Positions 30,531 to 45,463 of a stretch of DNA of 64,000 nt are shown here, piece after piece. The notes under the pieces are model-generated. The model saw only the letters and a program-made list of their open reading frames with translations, was not told the origin of the DNA and made no database searches. Position 1 is the first letter of the stretch. Each line of letters starts with the position of its first letter. This stretch comes from the human T2T-CHM13v2.0 reference genome, Homo sapiens: the NCBI RefSeq assembly GCF_009914755.1, contig NC_060926.1; one strand, 5' to 3'. The translations under genes and the position numbers were made by a program.

Positions 30531-32273
30531 TTTTTTTCAAAAAGAAATAGTAATTTTTAGATGAAGGAGAGTTGGTAATATATGATTGGTGACATGACAC
30601 TGAAACTAAAGAGGAAGGCCAAAGTTAGAGGTAAACATGGGGAACAAGTTGGTATACATGGCAGCTGAAATAGTGAGAGTAGATGGGCTCTCTGGGAGAG
30701 GGTCAGTAGAGAAGAAAGAGATGAGGAGTGACCACTAAGCCACTGGTCTTCTCCACATCTAGAGGACCAGAGGAAGAAGCCCAGCCAGAAAAAGTGATCA
30801 GAAAAGTACAGAACTCAAATAATCTCAAGCTGTGGAAGCAAAGGAAAATAATTCTTCAAGGAGATTATGAAGGTATTAAAAACTGAAAGGAAACAAATGG
30901 TATACAAATACCATTGGATCTGAGGATTCGTGAGCATTACAAGAAAACTTTTTCAGTAGAGATTATGATAGAACTCTGCAGTGACTTAAATAATGAGCCT
31001 AGTGTTTAAAAATTGAGGCAGGGTGGGTTTCATTTTAAAGAAAAGCAAGGAAAGGAGAAAGAGTGGAGACTTAAACACCTAGTAGGCTAAAGAAAAGTAT
31101 TATCAAAAGATAATGATTACAATAACTAGCATTTGTTATAGAACTAGATCATATGCATTATCTTATTGATAAACCATTCTATAGATGAGCAAACTTGAGT
31201 CAGATAATTGAAAGGACTTATCTAAGTTCACACAGCTCAAAGGGCAAGGAAACCAAACCCAGATTTTCTGACTGCACAGATAGATGCCCTTCCCATTACA
31301 ACTACATTGCCTCTATTTTTAAAAAACAATATACTTTAGAAATGCGTTGTACTTTTCACTTCACAAAGCACTTTCTCATATATTCTTTTATTTTATTCTA
31401 AAAACAACTTTGGAAGCAGGTATTAGTATTATCATTATTGTTCTTATTGGGAGGTTCACCAGTAAAGAAAATCGCAAGCTAAGAGAAGTTAAGAGGCTTG
31501 CACAAGATCTCATGGCAGAGAAGTATCAGAGCTACTAGGATTTAACCCCATTTCTTCTGGCACAACTGCCTAAGCACATTGTTAGGATCTGTGAAAGAGA
31601 ACATGAGAGATTCATGACATACTCATGTAGGGTATGTTTTTATAACTGCCACTGGCTCCTCTATCTGTGTTATAAAGTGTATTTATAAAGCTCATTATTC
31701 ATTAGCTTTATAACCTATCATGGAACCTGGCCTTTCACTTACTGATATTTGGCTTTTCACAATAATTTTTCATGGTATTATGACTCATTAAATCTCTTTT
31801 GGTTTCTCAACCTCTTCTATCTCTGGGAAGGATATATGTTTCTAATAGAGCCTATGATGTGGAATTTTTAAAGTGTAGCTAATGTAAATGAGGTAGTTTT
31901 TAAAGGATAACTTTATTTATTGTCCTCGGGTTACTAAGAGATGACTCTGGCTATCTCCTAAAAAACATATTTCAGGATGTACTTTTTTAATTTCATTTGC
32001 TTCCTCTGGCATTCACTTTTCACTGTGAGTCAAAGGAAACTTTGCTTAGAGTGAGTGATTCTACTGAAATGTCATGTTGTTGCTGCCCTCGCACCAGCTA
32101 TTGGAAGGTTGTGGGTGGTACAAAGAAGGTTTGCTTTTGCCAGTGCTGGTAGCCTAGCTCCATATAGCTCAGGAGTCATTTTCAGAAGATAGAAGCAGTT
32201 TCCACTTCTCCCCAACCCCAGGAACTAAGCAATATTTTAAAAGCATAGCTGATGAATTGTTGACTGTCTCTAG

Positions 32274-32455
32274 CTGCCATGTTCCTGCTGTGTGCAGTGA
32301 AGGTGCCTGAGGCCGTGTCCGACATGCTGATGTCAGAGTTCCACCACCCGGAGACTGTGCAGAGGCTGAACGCTGTCCTCAAGTTCCACACGCTCTGGAG
32401 GTTTCGCTATCAGGTCTGGCCCCGGATGGAGGAAGGGGCACAGCAGATTTTTAAG
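32274..32455 (+). CDS. UNC80: UNC80 exon (AAMFLLCAVK...AQQIFK), 182 nt, phase 1->0
   Basis: tgtctctag|CT acceptor; AAG|gtgagg donor. Confidence 0.95.
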
Positions 32456-33028
32456 GTGAGGGATACTTCTCACAGAGGAGTTACATTAGCAAACCCAACC
32501 CAAGGTTTGTTTAAACCGTTGAACCTCAAAGTCACAGTATGTGGCCAAAGATATTCTTCTTTTTTCTCTCTGATCATATAAGTAAACCTAACATACATGA
32601 ATGCATTCCTACTGTTAAAAAATTAAAATATAGAAGAATATAGAGTAAGAAAATCAAGTCTCTATAAACCTCAAAATCTCACCAGCATTCCCAGAGGTAA
32701 GCATATGAAAGTCTGGGGAATTATCTTCTAAACATTTTGCTATATATAAACTTACAGGTATGTTTTGGAGGATGGGTTGATAAACTCAAATAGAGATCAT
32801 TTGATTGAAAGCCTTTAATGAATTAGTAAACTGAGGCCCAGATAGGTTCATCTTGTGCTCTATAACAGAAAATCTTGGCAAATAGCCCTTTTCTAAAATT
32901 CTTGTTCATTCTGTGTGAAGTCACTTGGATGATTAACACTTCCTGAGACAGATTGTGTCATCATTATACTTCAGCCTCATTCTAGCTTATATTCCCTCTC
33001 ACCTAATTTTTCTGATGTCAACTAACAG

Positions 33029-33160
33029 ATTCCGCCTCCCAGTATCAATTTCACCCTTCCCTCGCCGGTGCTTGGAATGCCATCCGTCCCAATGTTTGAC
33101 CCACCGTGGGTTCCTCAGTGCAGCGGGAGTGTCCAGGACCCCATTAATGAAGACCAGTCT
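33029..33160 (+). CDS. UNC80: UNC80 exon (IPPPSINFTLPSP...INEDQS), 132 nt, phase 0->0
   Basis: actaacag|ATT acceptor; TCT|gtgagt donor. Confidence 0.94.
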
Positions 33161-34499
33161 GTGAGTAACAGACACTTCCAGGTTCCATGGTGTACGTGTA
33201 AAAGAGAACAATTAATATTTGTGGTAATTTGTTCATTCTCATCATAAGAATGTAATAATAACACAGAAAGTCAGCACAAAAGATCTTTGTCCTTGTGAAT
33301 ATAATAGAGAGAATAATATCGAGTAGTGAGTACTTGCAGATCTCAAAAAAAAAGTCTTGTTTTATAATCAAAGCAGAAGCCACCTTTAAAGCTACTAAAA
33401 GCATTAGGCATTGATTTCTTGGCCAAAGGTGGCCCTTTTGCCTCTATTTATTACAAACGAACATACTTATTTAACCAATAATACACAAGCCAAGTTAAGG
33501 ACCCTGGCCCTGAAAAAAATAAGAAAAAGAAGAGAGTTGGCAGCTATTTACTTGTTTGAACCTTAGTTTATTCTTCATTTTGTTGATTATCAGTGTCATC
33601 ATCACAGACATCACTCTGACACTCCTGCTCTTATTACTGCTATATGTAATATAACTCATAAACGGTCAGATTTAGAACACAGTCCATTTATAGACAAAAA
33701 ACAAGAATATGCACCTTTTGAAAAAAATTCATCTTCAGAATATGCCTTTTTCACCTGTTTAATAGTATTTTTCTAAATTACAAGAGTAATGTAGAAAATT
33801 TGGAAAATAAAGCAAAAATAGAAAAAAGAACACCTCTTTGCACAAATTTATCATTGTTTCCTTGCATAAATTCCTATGGGATTTATGGCAATAATAAAAT
33901 AATAACCATTAAAGGTTTTTGACGCATCTCACAAAATATCCCCAGAAAAGTTATATCACTTTGTCCTTATAGAATAGAATTGAAAAGTATCTTATTAACT
34001 AGTGTTATTATTTTAATTGCCACTTTGAATGGCCAAAACAACTTACTGTTTATTTTATTCATACTTCTTTGAAAAATTTAGTTGAATATATGAAATTAGT
34101 TTGAACATCTTTGCATATTACTCATAGTATTTCTAGGCATTTGTCGCTTTCTTTGGAGAACTGTTTTTTAAACTCTTTCCCATCACAATATACCTATTTT
34201 ATTTTAATTCTACCTTCATATCTGATGGTACCTTGCCAAAGAGAAATACACACCTGGTTCTTCTCCCATATGTGCAGTAATTTCAGCATCTGAACCACCA
34301 ACATAAAGTTATCTTTGATTTTTCTCCTGAAGAGGTGGTGGGTTCATCTGAGCCAGCCACAATCTGTATCCCAAGCTCACTGTGGATTTGAAATCAAGTA
34401 CCTTGATTTTATATCCAGTTATCTTTCTCATTCCACAGTTCTTACCTTATGCCTTAATATAATAAACCAGCTTAGCTATCTGGCTCTGAAAATGGATTG

Positions 34500-34681
<182 letters not shown>

Positions 34682-35318
34682 TGCTCTTAATTGCTACTCT
34701 ACCTTTCAACATAGGAAACCTTTAGTCTTATGTTAAGATCCTCCATAAAGGGATTATCTACAAATGCAGCCCTGTAGAAGAGTAATCAACATCCCCTGCC
34801 TGTCTCTTGAACCCTGTGTGACTATAAGCCAACAAAGAGTTCTGGAATTGCCATTGTGCATAAACATTACTTCAAGTGGATAGAGAAGAACTCCAGTGAT
34901 CACTTCCCTGCTCAGAGGCCACTGACTCTGTCTCCAAAGCTCTTGGAGCTTGTCTGGGCATAAGCATCATAATTAAGACATGAATAGAATAGCTGTTGTA
35001 CAGTGAATCTTCTTTTCTTCATTGTTCCTGATCCTTCATCTATGGAGGAGTGAGTTTTTCTTGGTATTTTTCCAGTATGCCTTGGCTACTGTTAAATAGA
35101 GTCAGATTTTACATTCAACCTTAGTAACACTATCAGCTCTCATATTTTTCATTCCATAACTTTGTTTCCACAAATATTATTAAGTGTTTATAGTGTGACA
35201 AATACTTGAGCTACAGAAATGAAATAAGCCATATAACTAACTGGCTTATATGAGAGATCTCTCTTTCTTTGTCCTTTCCATGATTCTGACTTTCAATTTT
35301 ATTAACCTTATGAAATAA

Positions 35319-35624
<306 letters not shown>

Positions 35625-35996
35625 TGAAATAAATGTCCATTTAAAAACAGTTCAAAACATTCTAGAAAGAAATAGAGTACTTAAAAATTTTATTTGATCA
35701 TAATATTTAAAGAGCAAATCATTGATATCCCTGCAAATCCTGAGATGAAATAGGATTCCTTCCAGAAATTATGTGTTCATGAAGAATCATTCTGATTGAA
35801 TGAAAAAAAAATAGCTTAACCATACACAGCTTGGAAATTTGGTAAAAGGACAAATATCCATGAAACTGGATCATGGGTATCCTAACATTTCCTGAGGACA
35901 AACTACTACATTTGTGTCATTCATTGGAACACTCTTTATGCCTGTGACCTTGCAGAAGAATTGCTATTAAATGAACTTGCCTTTATGTCTCCACAG

Positions 35997-36183
35997 AAAT
36001 CCTTTTCAGCCCGGGCTGTGTCCCGCTCCCATCAAAGGGCAGAACACATCTTAAAGAACTTGCAGCAGGAGGAAGAAAAGAAACGACTTGGTAGAGAAGC
36101 CAGCCTCATCACTGCCATCCCCATCACCCAGGAGGCTTGCTATGAGCCCACATGCACGCCCAACTCAGAACCGGAAGAAGAAG
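35997..36183 (+). CDS. UNC80: UNC80 exon (KSFSARAVSR...SEPEEE), 187 nt, phase 0->1
   Basis: tctccacag|AAA acceptor; AAG|gtgccc weak donor. Confidence 0.92.
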
Positions 36184-36748
36184 GTGCCCTCTGCACACAG
36201 GACTTCTTGGGGGGCTGAGTCTCAGGGAAATAACGTGCTCTGAAATTAACATTGACAATTTTATGTGACATGAGGTGATATGCCCCCTTCCATCTCTCTC
36301 TCACTTCCTGACGCTAACCAAAGAAAGAGAAAAGTTGTTTTCTGAAGTTTAGAGTTAGCCATTTTCAGAGGAGGACATTAGTTACATTAAATGAATGATT
36401 CAGGGAACTGCTGAATCCAGTATGTGTATTAAAGTAAATGCAACCAATCTTTCATTAACTACTTTCAACCTTCACAAGTGCAGTTTGTCAGTTGGTATCA
36501 AAAATGATTAATTAATCATTCTGAATTGAGTGATTCTCTGTCCTGCTTTTGTAAAAACTTCGGGGGATATTTTCTGTCTTTCCTCTGTAGGGCTTTTTTA
36601 ATTTTTATTTTTCCTTTTCTAAGTACACTCAAAATTATTTAAGCCTTATGGTCTGAGAGCAGTATGCATTTGTGATACAACAACAATGTGATAATAATAA
36701 CTCTTTTGTTATAAAGCCAAAGTTCACATTCCCCATTTTGTTTGCCAG

Positions 36749-36880
36749 TAGAAGAAGTCACCAATCTGGCATCCCGTCGACTGTCTGTGAGTCCATCCTG
36801 CACCTCCAGCACTTCCCACAGGAATTATTCCTTCCGCCGCGGGTCAGTCTGGTCAGTGCGTTCAGCCGTCAGTGCTGAAG
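36749..36880 (+). CDS. UNC80: UNC80 exon (VEEVTNLASRRLS...SAVSAE), 132 nt, phase 1->1
   Basis: tttgccag|TA acceptor (tandem NAG); AAG|gtgtgt donor. Confidence 0.92.
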
Positions 36881-37289
36881 GTGTGTCCTCTTGCATACGT
36901 TTTATTTCTCCTGACTTATGTGTTTTGAAACACTTTCCAGTTAATATCATGATCTCACTTGATTACATTGTCTTCATTAAATAACTTGTCTCATGACTTG
37001 ACATTCTAAAAAAAATTAGCATGGCATCCTTTAAAAAAAAATTGTTGATTTACCTCAGCAATTGTTATTTTTAAGTTGGCTCTATTTTAATTACATTGCA
37101 TGTAATCATATTGCTGAGGGTTCAGAATACATCATTCTAGACAGTTAATAGTTCTCCACCTAGCTACAGTACATTACAACCAACTGGGAAGCTTAAAAAG
37201 AAAGTTCCTAAGACCAAATCAAAATCTCTGAGGGTAGGACCCATCAGTGTTTTTAAAACCTCCTCAGCTGATTTCAGTGTGTGTCACTA

Positions 37290-39750
37290 GTTTTTGTTTT
37301 TGTTTTTGTTTTTGTTTTTGTTTTTATTCATCCCTGTGGGTATAAAGTGGTAACTCAATGTGATTTTTATTTGCACTTCCCTAATGACAAATGGTATGGA
37401 GCATCTTTTCATATGCTTATTGACCATATGTATATCTTCTTTGTAAAAGTATTCATTCAAATCTTTTGCCCACTTTAAATTGGGCAATTTGTCTTTTAAC
37501 TGTTAAATTATAAGAACTATTTATACATTCTGGATATAAGTCACTTATCAGATATATGATTTGCAAATATTTTCTCCCATTTCGTAGTTTGTCTTTTTAC
37601 TTTCTTCACTTGATCTTAGCCAAAAGGCTGAGAAGCGAGTGTCTTTTTTATTTTCTTAAAGGTAACTTTGAGGCACAAAATTTTTTATTTTAATTAGGTC
37701 CAATGTGTGTGTTTTTCTTTTGTCATTTGTGCTTTTAGTGTCATATCTAAGAAACAATTGTCTAATCCAAGGTCGCAATTTGTCTAATCCAAGGTCACAA
37801 TTTGTCTAATCCAAGGTCACAAAGATTTACTCCTATGTTTTCTTCTAAGAGTTTTAGCATTTATATTTAGGTGTGTAATCAACTTTGAGTTAATATGTGT
37901 TATGTTATGAGTTAGAATTTTGCATTTAGATAACTAGTTGTCCCAGCACTATTCATAGAAAAGACCATTTTCTCCATTGAATTTTCTTGGCACCTTTGTC
38001 AAAAAGCAATTGAACATAAATGTAGTAGTATATTTATGGTTTTTCAGTTCTGTTCTACTGATCTGTATGTCAATCCTTCTCTCAGTACCATGAAATCTTG
38101 ATATGCAGATATTTGTATAATTGTTGTGTCTTTCTCATTGATTATTTTGTCATTATAACATGCTCTGTTTTGCCTGTGGTAAAAATTTTTCACTTACAGT
38201 ATACTTTGTCTGATGTTAACATAGATACTCCACATCATTTTTTATTGCTATCTGTATGGCATATCTTCTTTCATCCTTTTCTTTCATCTTATTTGTGTCC
38301 TTGAAACTAAATTACGTCTCTTAAACATAACAGTTGATTCATATTTGTTTGTTTTTATCCATTCTGCTAATTTTGCCTTTTGATTAGTCAGTTTACATTT
38401 ATTGCAGTTTTGGATAAGGTAAGATATGTGCCTGCCGTTTTAAAATATAAGATATGCCATGTGAAAGACACAGTTTTATTTATATCTTTATCTTATAATA
38501 ACTTTATAAGATAATATGTTTTATATAACATAACATTATATTAAAATAAAACATTTATAATAGCTGACAAAATCTTTGTCTAGTAAGTCCAACATTTAAG
38601 CTTCCTCAGGGTTAGTTTATGTTGACTGCTTTTATTTCTGTATATGGGCAATATTTTCCGGGTTTCTTATATGTCTCATAAGTTTTTATTGAAAAATGGA
38701 CAATTTAAATTATATAATGTGGAAACTCTGCAAATCAAATGTCCCCCTTTCCTCATCAGGATTTTTTATTATTGTGTTGCTATTTGTTTGTTTAGTAACT
38801 TTCCTTGACTAATTTGTAAAGTCCATAATAAGCCTTTGTTGAGTGTGAGCACTGAAATCCCTGCTCAGTTACATTAGTGGTCAGGTAATGATTAGACAGA
38901 GATTTTCTTAAGTGCCTTGAACTAATAAGTCTTCCAGCCTTTACTGAGGACCACTTTGGGTGTGTTGAGGCACATCTTCAGTGTTCCAGTAGTTTAAAAC
39001 TCTGCCCTTCATTTTTGTACTTTCTGCTTGTGTAGAGCTTCAAGGTTAGCCAAACATGAGAGATGACGAATTTCTCAGGTCTTTCCTGGGCATGTGCACA
39101 ACCTTGTACATATGTACAGCCATCTAGATAACCAGGAATATGTCAGTGATTTGCAAGCCCCCTAGAAATCTCATTCTCCAGATTTGCCTTTTAAGATTTT
39201 TGTCAGCCTCCAGCTTCTCCCAACTCATATGAGCACCTCAGACAGCTACAATGTTAAATAATTGTTGCTGATTTTTTTTTTTTTTTGGAAAATGCCCTGG
39301 GGATAAAGCTGTTTGCACTAAGCTTTAAGTCAAGCTAAATAAAGACAAACCTTGTGAACAGGGATTTTCCATGGGGTTCTAGATAGGTCAAGTAGTGACA
39401 ATTCTCTGGTGTTGAGGCTTTTAGGGGGCTCCAAAACTGCTCTGCCCATCCAGTGGCTGCTAGGCTGCTGGTTTTAACAGCTACCATGGTTGCAAGGTTG
39501 TCAATTTTCAAGGCTCCTAAGGACCTAGGAAGACAGGGAGGTGAGTAGGACAAGTTAAAAAGCCAGAAATACCACTGGTCTTTTTTCCTTTTTTTTTTTG
39601 TTGTTTTTTTAATACATGCTCCTCAAATAGTTCCAAGCTTTTGGTAAATTTTGAAAGCTCCGAAAAAAGTGTATTTCACAGTATTCTCATTGCTTTTACG
39701 GAAGAACAGATTTCAGGGATCTATACTCCACTGTTGCAGAAGTGCTTGGT
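37290..39750 (-). mobile_element. Old L1M fragments
   Basis: Antisense L1 ORF2-end motifs; ORF 37287-37487(-) KWAKDLN..F.KEDI...NKHMKRCS resembles the L1 ORF2 C-terminal region. Confidence 0.75.
37607..37638 (-). pseudogene. 3'-truncated U2 snRNA retrocopy (about the first 33 nt)
   Basis: Reverse complement tcgcttctcagccttttggctaagatcaagtg versus U2 5' end ATCGCTTCTCGGCCTTTTGGCTAAGATCAAGTG; flanked by a gtcttttt..tttctt TSD. Confidence 0.9.
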
Positions 39751-39803
39751 CCACTATATATATATACATTTTTAAAGATTTCCACATGCATCTACTACGA
39801 AGC

Positions 39804-40320
39804 TGTGTCCAGAATTTATTCCTTCCAGCGGGTTCTTGGTCTCGCTGACTTCAAGAATGAAGCCGCGGACCTTCACAGTGAGTGTTACAGCTCATAAAGG
39901 TAATGCGGACCCAAAGAGTGAGCAGCAGCAAGATTTATTGTGAAGAGCAAAAGAACAAAGCTTCTGCAATGTGGAAGGGGACCCAAGCGGGTTGCCGCTA
40001 CTGGCTTGGGTGGCCAGCTTTTATTCCCTTATTTTATTTTATTCCAGCTTTTATTCCCTTATTTGGCCCCCCCACATCCATTGGTCCCTTTTACAGAGCG
40101 CTGATTGGTCCATTTTACAGAGTGCTGATTGGTGCATTTACAATCCTTTAGCTAGACACAGAGCACTGACTGGTGCGATTTTACAGAGTGCTGGTTGGTG
40201 CATTTACAATCCTTTAGCTAGACACAGAGCCCTGATTGGTGCATTTACAATCCTTTAGCTAGACACAAAAGTTCTCCAAGTCCACATCCAACCCAGAAGA
40301 TCAGCTGGCTTCACCTCTCA
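39804..40320 (-). mobile_element. LTR12 (ERV9; LTR12F-sized) solo LTR
   Basis: TG...CA termini; 4-bp TSD aagc; 517 bp; repeated gctgattggtgcatttacaatc units. Confidence 0.9.
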
Positions 40321-40986
40321 AAGCCCAGACTGAGAATGACAGTATAAGTCTCTTAACCCTCTAGTCCTTCATAGGCCTTCTAAAATCCCAAATAGTCATG
40401 TAAGTTTTAATCTGAGAATCAAACACTCACAATTCTTTAGTGCTTTAGAAAAGTGACATGTATATTTTCATATTAATAAGCTGTTAAATACCTTTTCTAC
40501 CTTCCTTGCCTACTAAATCTAACCTTTTTCCTTTATTCCTATATGCAATTATATTTATTTTTAATTTGTTATTGTATTTATCAATGAGGATGAAAACATT
40601 AATATGGGTGGGCTATGTCATTCTTATCCTAAATGCATGTGTGTTTTCTTCTACCCCATATTACTGCTTACTATCTCTCACACACTCACATGCACACAAC
40701 CAGTTGCATCTATGAAAAATGTCTTAGTCTCCGCTTAGAATTTTATCTTCATTAATTTAATATTGTGAACCGATCCACTTGTCCCAGAATGTCTGTGCTT
40801 CGCTTCTCTACCAAACAAGAATAATAGTACTCGGAAAGTGGGCTGGTTTTTTTTATTTGTTATAAAATGAAGAGGCACTTTGTGTAACGTAATCTTTTTT
40901 AAGATGTTGGCATTTTCTCATTGCTAGGATTATGCTTTTAAATAAGTATGCCTTGAACTGAGAAATGTTGCATTAAAATTATATTA

Positions 40987-41334
<348 letters not shown>

Positions 41335-41338
41335 TTAG

Positions 41339-41482
41339 ATGAGGAACATACCACTGAACACACGCCGAACCACCATGTGCCTCAGCCCCCACAAGCAGTG
41401 TTCCCAGCATGCATCTGTGCAGCAGTACTTCCCATTGTTCATCTGATGGAGGATGGTGAGGTGCGGGAAGATGGAGTAGCAG
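41339..41482 (+). CDS. UNC80: UNC80 exon (DEEHTTEH...REDGVA), 144 nt, phase 1->1
   Basis: cccattttag|AT acceptor; CAG|gtacag donor. Confidence 0.94.
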
Positions 41483-42473
41483 GTACAGTTTTGAACAGTC
41501 AGATCATCAGTGACATTCTTAAGCTGTTTATCTGATAGAAGACAGTAGGTTGCTCTTAAACACATTATCTACTGGCCACATGTTGAACTGTTTTATGCAC
41601 ATATTATAATTACAGATTTGTAACATACTGCGCTAACAGTATCACTCTCTCCACCTCCTTCTCCCTCTACCTTTATGGCCAAAAAAATTGCATTTAAAAT
41701 AGGTAATTGGGTCCAGGAGCATTGTTCGTGACCAGAGAACAGAACAACACAATAATTATTTAGCCACATAGAAATCAAACCTTAGAAATCTTAGCTATTA
41801 GCTTGACACCACTAATACCATCTCTCTTACGTGATTACCTTTCCTGACGTGCTAACTACCTAAAAAGAATAATTGCAAAATGAAACGATAAACTAAGGGA
41901 AAAGATGAGTAACATTTGTGACAGACAAAGGTTAATTTCTTAACGTTACATTTTAAAAAGCTCTTATAACTCACTAATAATTTTTTAAAACCCCATTAGA
42001 AAACTGGGCAAAGGATATCAGCAGGCAATCCAATGGCCAGTAACACCTGGAGACAACATCGTTGTTTAAAACTGTAATAAATCTTACATTTCAGCCAGAA
42101 AGTCGGCAAATATTACTTTAAATGAAAATATCTATTGCTGGTGAAAAAGCAGGGGAAAGAGCATCCTCATACTTTGCTGATGAAGTATAAAACTCTGTAC
42201 AAGCATTCTAGAACAGAGTTTCATGATATGTATCAAAAACCTTAAAAGTGTGAAAAGCTTTTGACACAGATTTGGCTTCTAGCAATTTCCTAAGACAATC
42301 ATGAGGGCTGTATAAAGGACATTGTACACTGATCATTATTTAAAATAAAAAATATTTAGAAAGACTTTAAATCCCTAACAATAAGCAATTAGTTAATCAT
42401 AGTACCTCCATATGATAACATTCTGTGAATGCTGGAATTGCATTCTAGATGAATATTAATATAAAAAGTGTTA

Positions 42474-42941
<468 letters not shown>

Positions 42942-43029
42942 TTATTTTTCTCTTTGCATTTTTTTGTATTTTTCATGTTTTAAGCATGAAACTGCCTTAC
43001 TTAAGCAATTAAAATAAAAATAACATGAA

Positions 43030-43455
43030 CATTTTTAAAGTTTTAATTGACACATAATAATTGTACATATTTATGGGGTACAGTGATATTTCAGTACCTG
43101 TATACAATGTGTAATGATCAAATCATGGTAATTAGCATATCCTTCACCTCAAACAGTATTTCTTTGTGTTAGGAACACTCAAAATTCTCTCTTCTAGCTA
43201 TTTGAGAATATAGAATAAATTATTGTTACCTATAGTCACCCTACAGTGCTAAAGAACACTGAAACTTATTCCTGCTATCTAGCTGTAATTTCTTATCCAT
43301 TAACCAACCTTTCCCATGCCTCCCTCCCGCCTCCCCTTCCTAGCCTCTAGTTAGCACTATTCTACTGTCCACTTCCGAGAGATCAACTTATTTAGCTTCT
43401 ACAAATGAGTGAAAACATGCAATATTTGTTTTCCTGTGCCTGGCTTATTTCACAT
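43030..43455 (-). mobile_element. L1MA 3' end
   Basis: aattgtacatatttatggggtaca...gcctggcttatttcac. Confidence 0.8.
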
Positions 43456-44366
43456 GTAAAGATATTTTTGCAATCAATATCAACCTGAGAAAAACTCACA
43501 CCTATTTTAATTAGTTATAGAGACACATGAAAGCTACAGCTCTGGATTTATATTTTTGTTAATATTATTTATATGTCCTTTAACTTTAACTGTATGGCTT
43601 GTTTCTGAATCAAAATTTGGTATCATTTATTTGAAATAAATTTATGCTAAATTCTGTATTCCTACTTTTGAAAACCAATGGAATTGGGAAACACGTTGAA
43701 ACTAAAGACCATTCAGTGCTTACTGGCCCTGTTTTTTACCCACTTGCTTTCTTAGTCTGGGTACTTCTAGACAATCTTAGCCTGACCGCTTTCCCCACAG
43801 AAATAGCACTTTCTTTCTCATTAGGATTAATTATTTATTCTTAAGACTTCTTCGTTAGAAGTGAGAACCTAATTGTTACTGGCTCAACTACTTTATCTTG
43901 CTGAAGGAGATACTGTTTGAAGCACTCATGTGGACAGAAAAAAAAATCCCTAATTCATATGCATTCTAAACCAAAACATATTTTCAAAATCCAAATAGTC
44001 TTTCATAGTTTCTCCATAAAATAAACAATAAAATATGACTGTAATTTAATAAGTGCTGACTGCTGCTATTATTGGGGTGACTTCCACAACAAAGACAATT
44101 GCATATATTCACAGAGATATTCTTTGCAAAAGCATTGCTGATACCTGAAGACAACTCCTACACTTTTTGGTAACCTGTTCTTTACATGTGAAAATGTTCA
44201 GAGACAACAACGAAGAGAACAAACACCTACGTTGCAAAAGAAAAAAGAGTTCACAGAGCCTTTTAAGGCAAAAAGCAGAGACTAAAGCTTGTAAATTGTC
44301 AAATACTTTATCTCATAGACTTAACTCCATTAAAGACAAATGTTCAACTTTCTTTCTCTTCTGAAG

Positions 44367-44467
44367 TGAGTGCTGTGGCTCAACAAGTCTTATGGAACTG
44401 TCTAATTGAAGATCCATCAACGGTTCTTCGACATTTTCTGGAAAAACTGACCATCAGCAATAGACAA
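44367..44467 (+). CDS. UNC80: UNC80 exon (VSAVAQQVLW...TISNRQ), 101 nt, phase 1->0
   Basis: ctcttctgaag|TG acceptor; CAA|gtaaat donor. Confidence 0.93.
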
Positions 44468-45463
44468 GTAAATTCCTCTTCCTTTTTAGTGTAGCTCTGT
44501 GGCTACAAGTGTGAACACTGTTAAAATCATGCAAAGAACTTTATAGTGCAGTGCATGCAACTCAATGCCCTCCAATACACAACCAATAAGTACTTTTTAA
44601 ATAATGATAATGATGAGCAATACTTAACTTTGCTGTTTTTAATTTCTCCATTAATTCATGTTTCTATATATATATATATTACATTGCTAGTGAGGATCCT
44701 AAAATACTGCAAGATTAAATTAAGTATAATGTTCTTACTATTGAGTACCTTCATTGAATTCTGAATGCTTGGCAGTCTGATGCAGGTATGATTATTAGAA
44801 TATGTTAAAATTTTTCATTAACCAAAAACCTGATTTGTCAGACCACCTTGTAAGAAGATCATGCCAAATAAAAGTAGTCTTTCAAGCAGTGGCAAAATAC
44901 AGCGATGATTAAAAATTATTTGTTCATTTCTATGCTATAGTCATATTCACTGGAAGGTTAAGTTTAGTTTCTGAAAGGTAAAGTTAATTATAGACATTTC
45001 AATCTAGTCTCTTGTAACCTCTCTTTTTCTCTTTGACTCAAAACCTAGAAAGCAGAATTAAGACATTCACAAAAACATGGTTTGTTTAATGATTTTTCAA
45101 CATAGGTCCTCCTCATAGTCCCGTCATATCAGGCTACCATGGCCAATAGAGTTAACTAAATATACAGCTTTCCTGTGACTTGCCTGTGACCTACACACAC
45201 AGTGTCAATTTAAAAAGAACAAAGTCGTTTACTGCTCAGTGATTTTTATGTGTTAGCTCCTAGGAGAAAGGTGTTCCAGATGGTTTAAATACTACTTAAC
45301 AAGTATCACATATACTATATTAAAATGTTGAACATAATTGAAATCAATATGTGGGCAAAAGTAAAAAAAATCCCTCACCCAATCCCGAATTTTCAAGAAG
45401 TTAATTTTATTTTCTACAGCATGGCAGCTGAAGGAAACATTAAAAATTCTGTTCTTCTTTCAG

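Noticed and set aside
35224-35263. Small hairpin (ataagcca/tggcttat) and palindrome gagagatctctc
   Set aside because: Short enough to be expected by chance in 64 kb.
40090-40270. Repeated ~40-nt units
   Set aside because: Normal internal enhancer repeats of LTR12.
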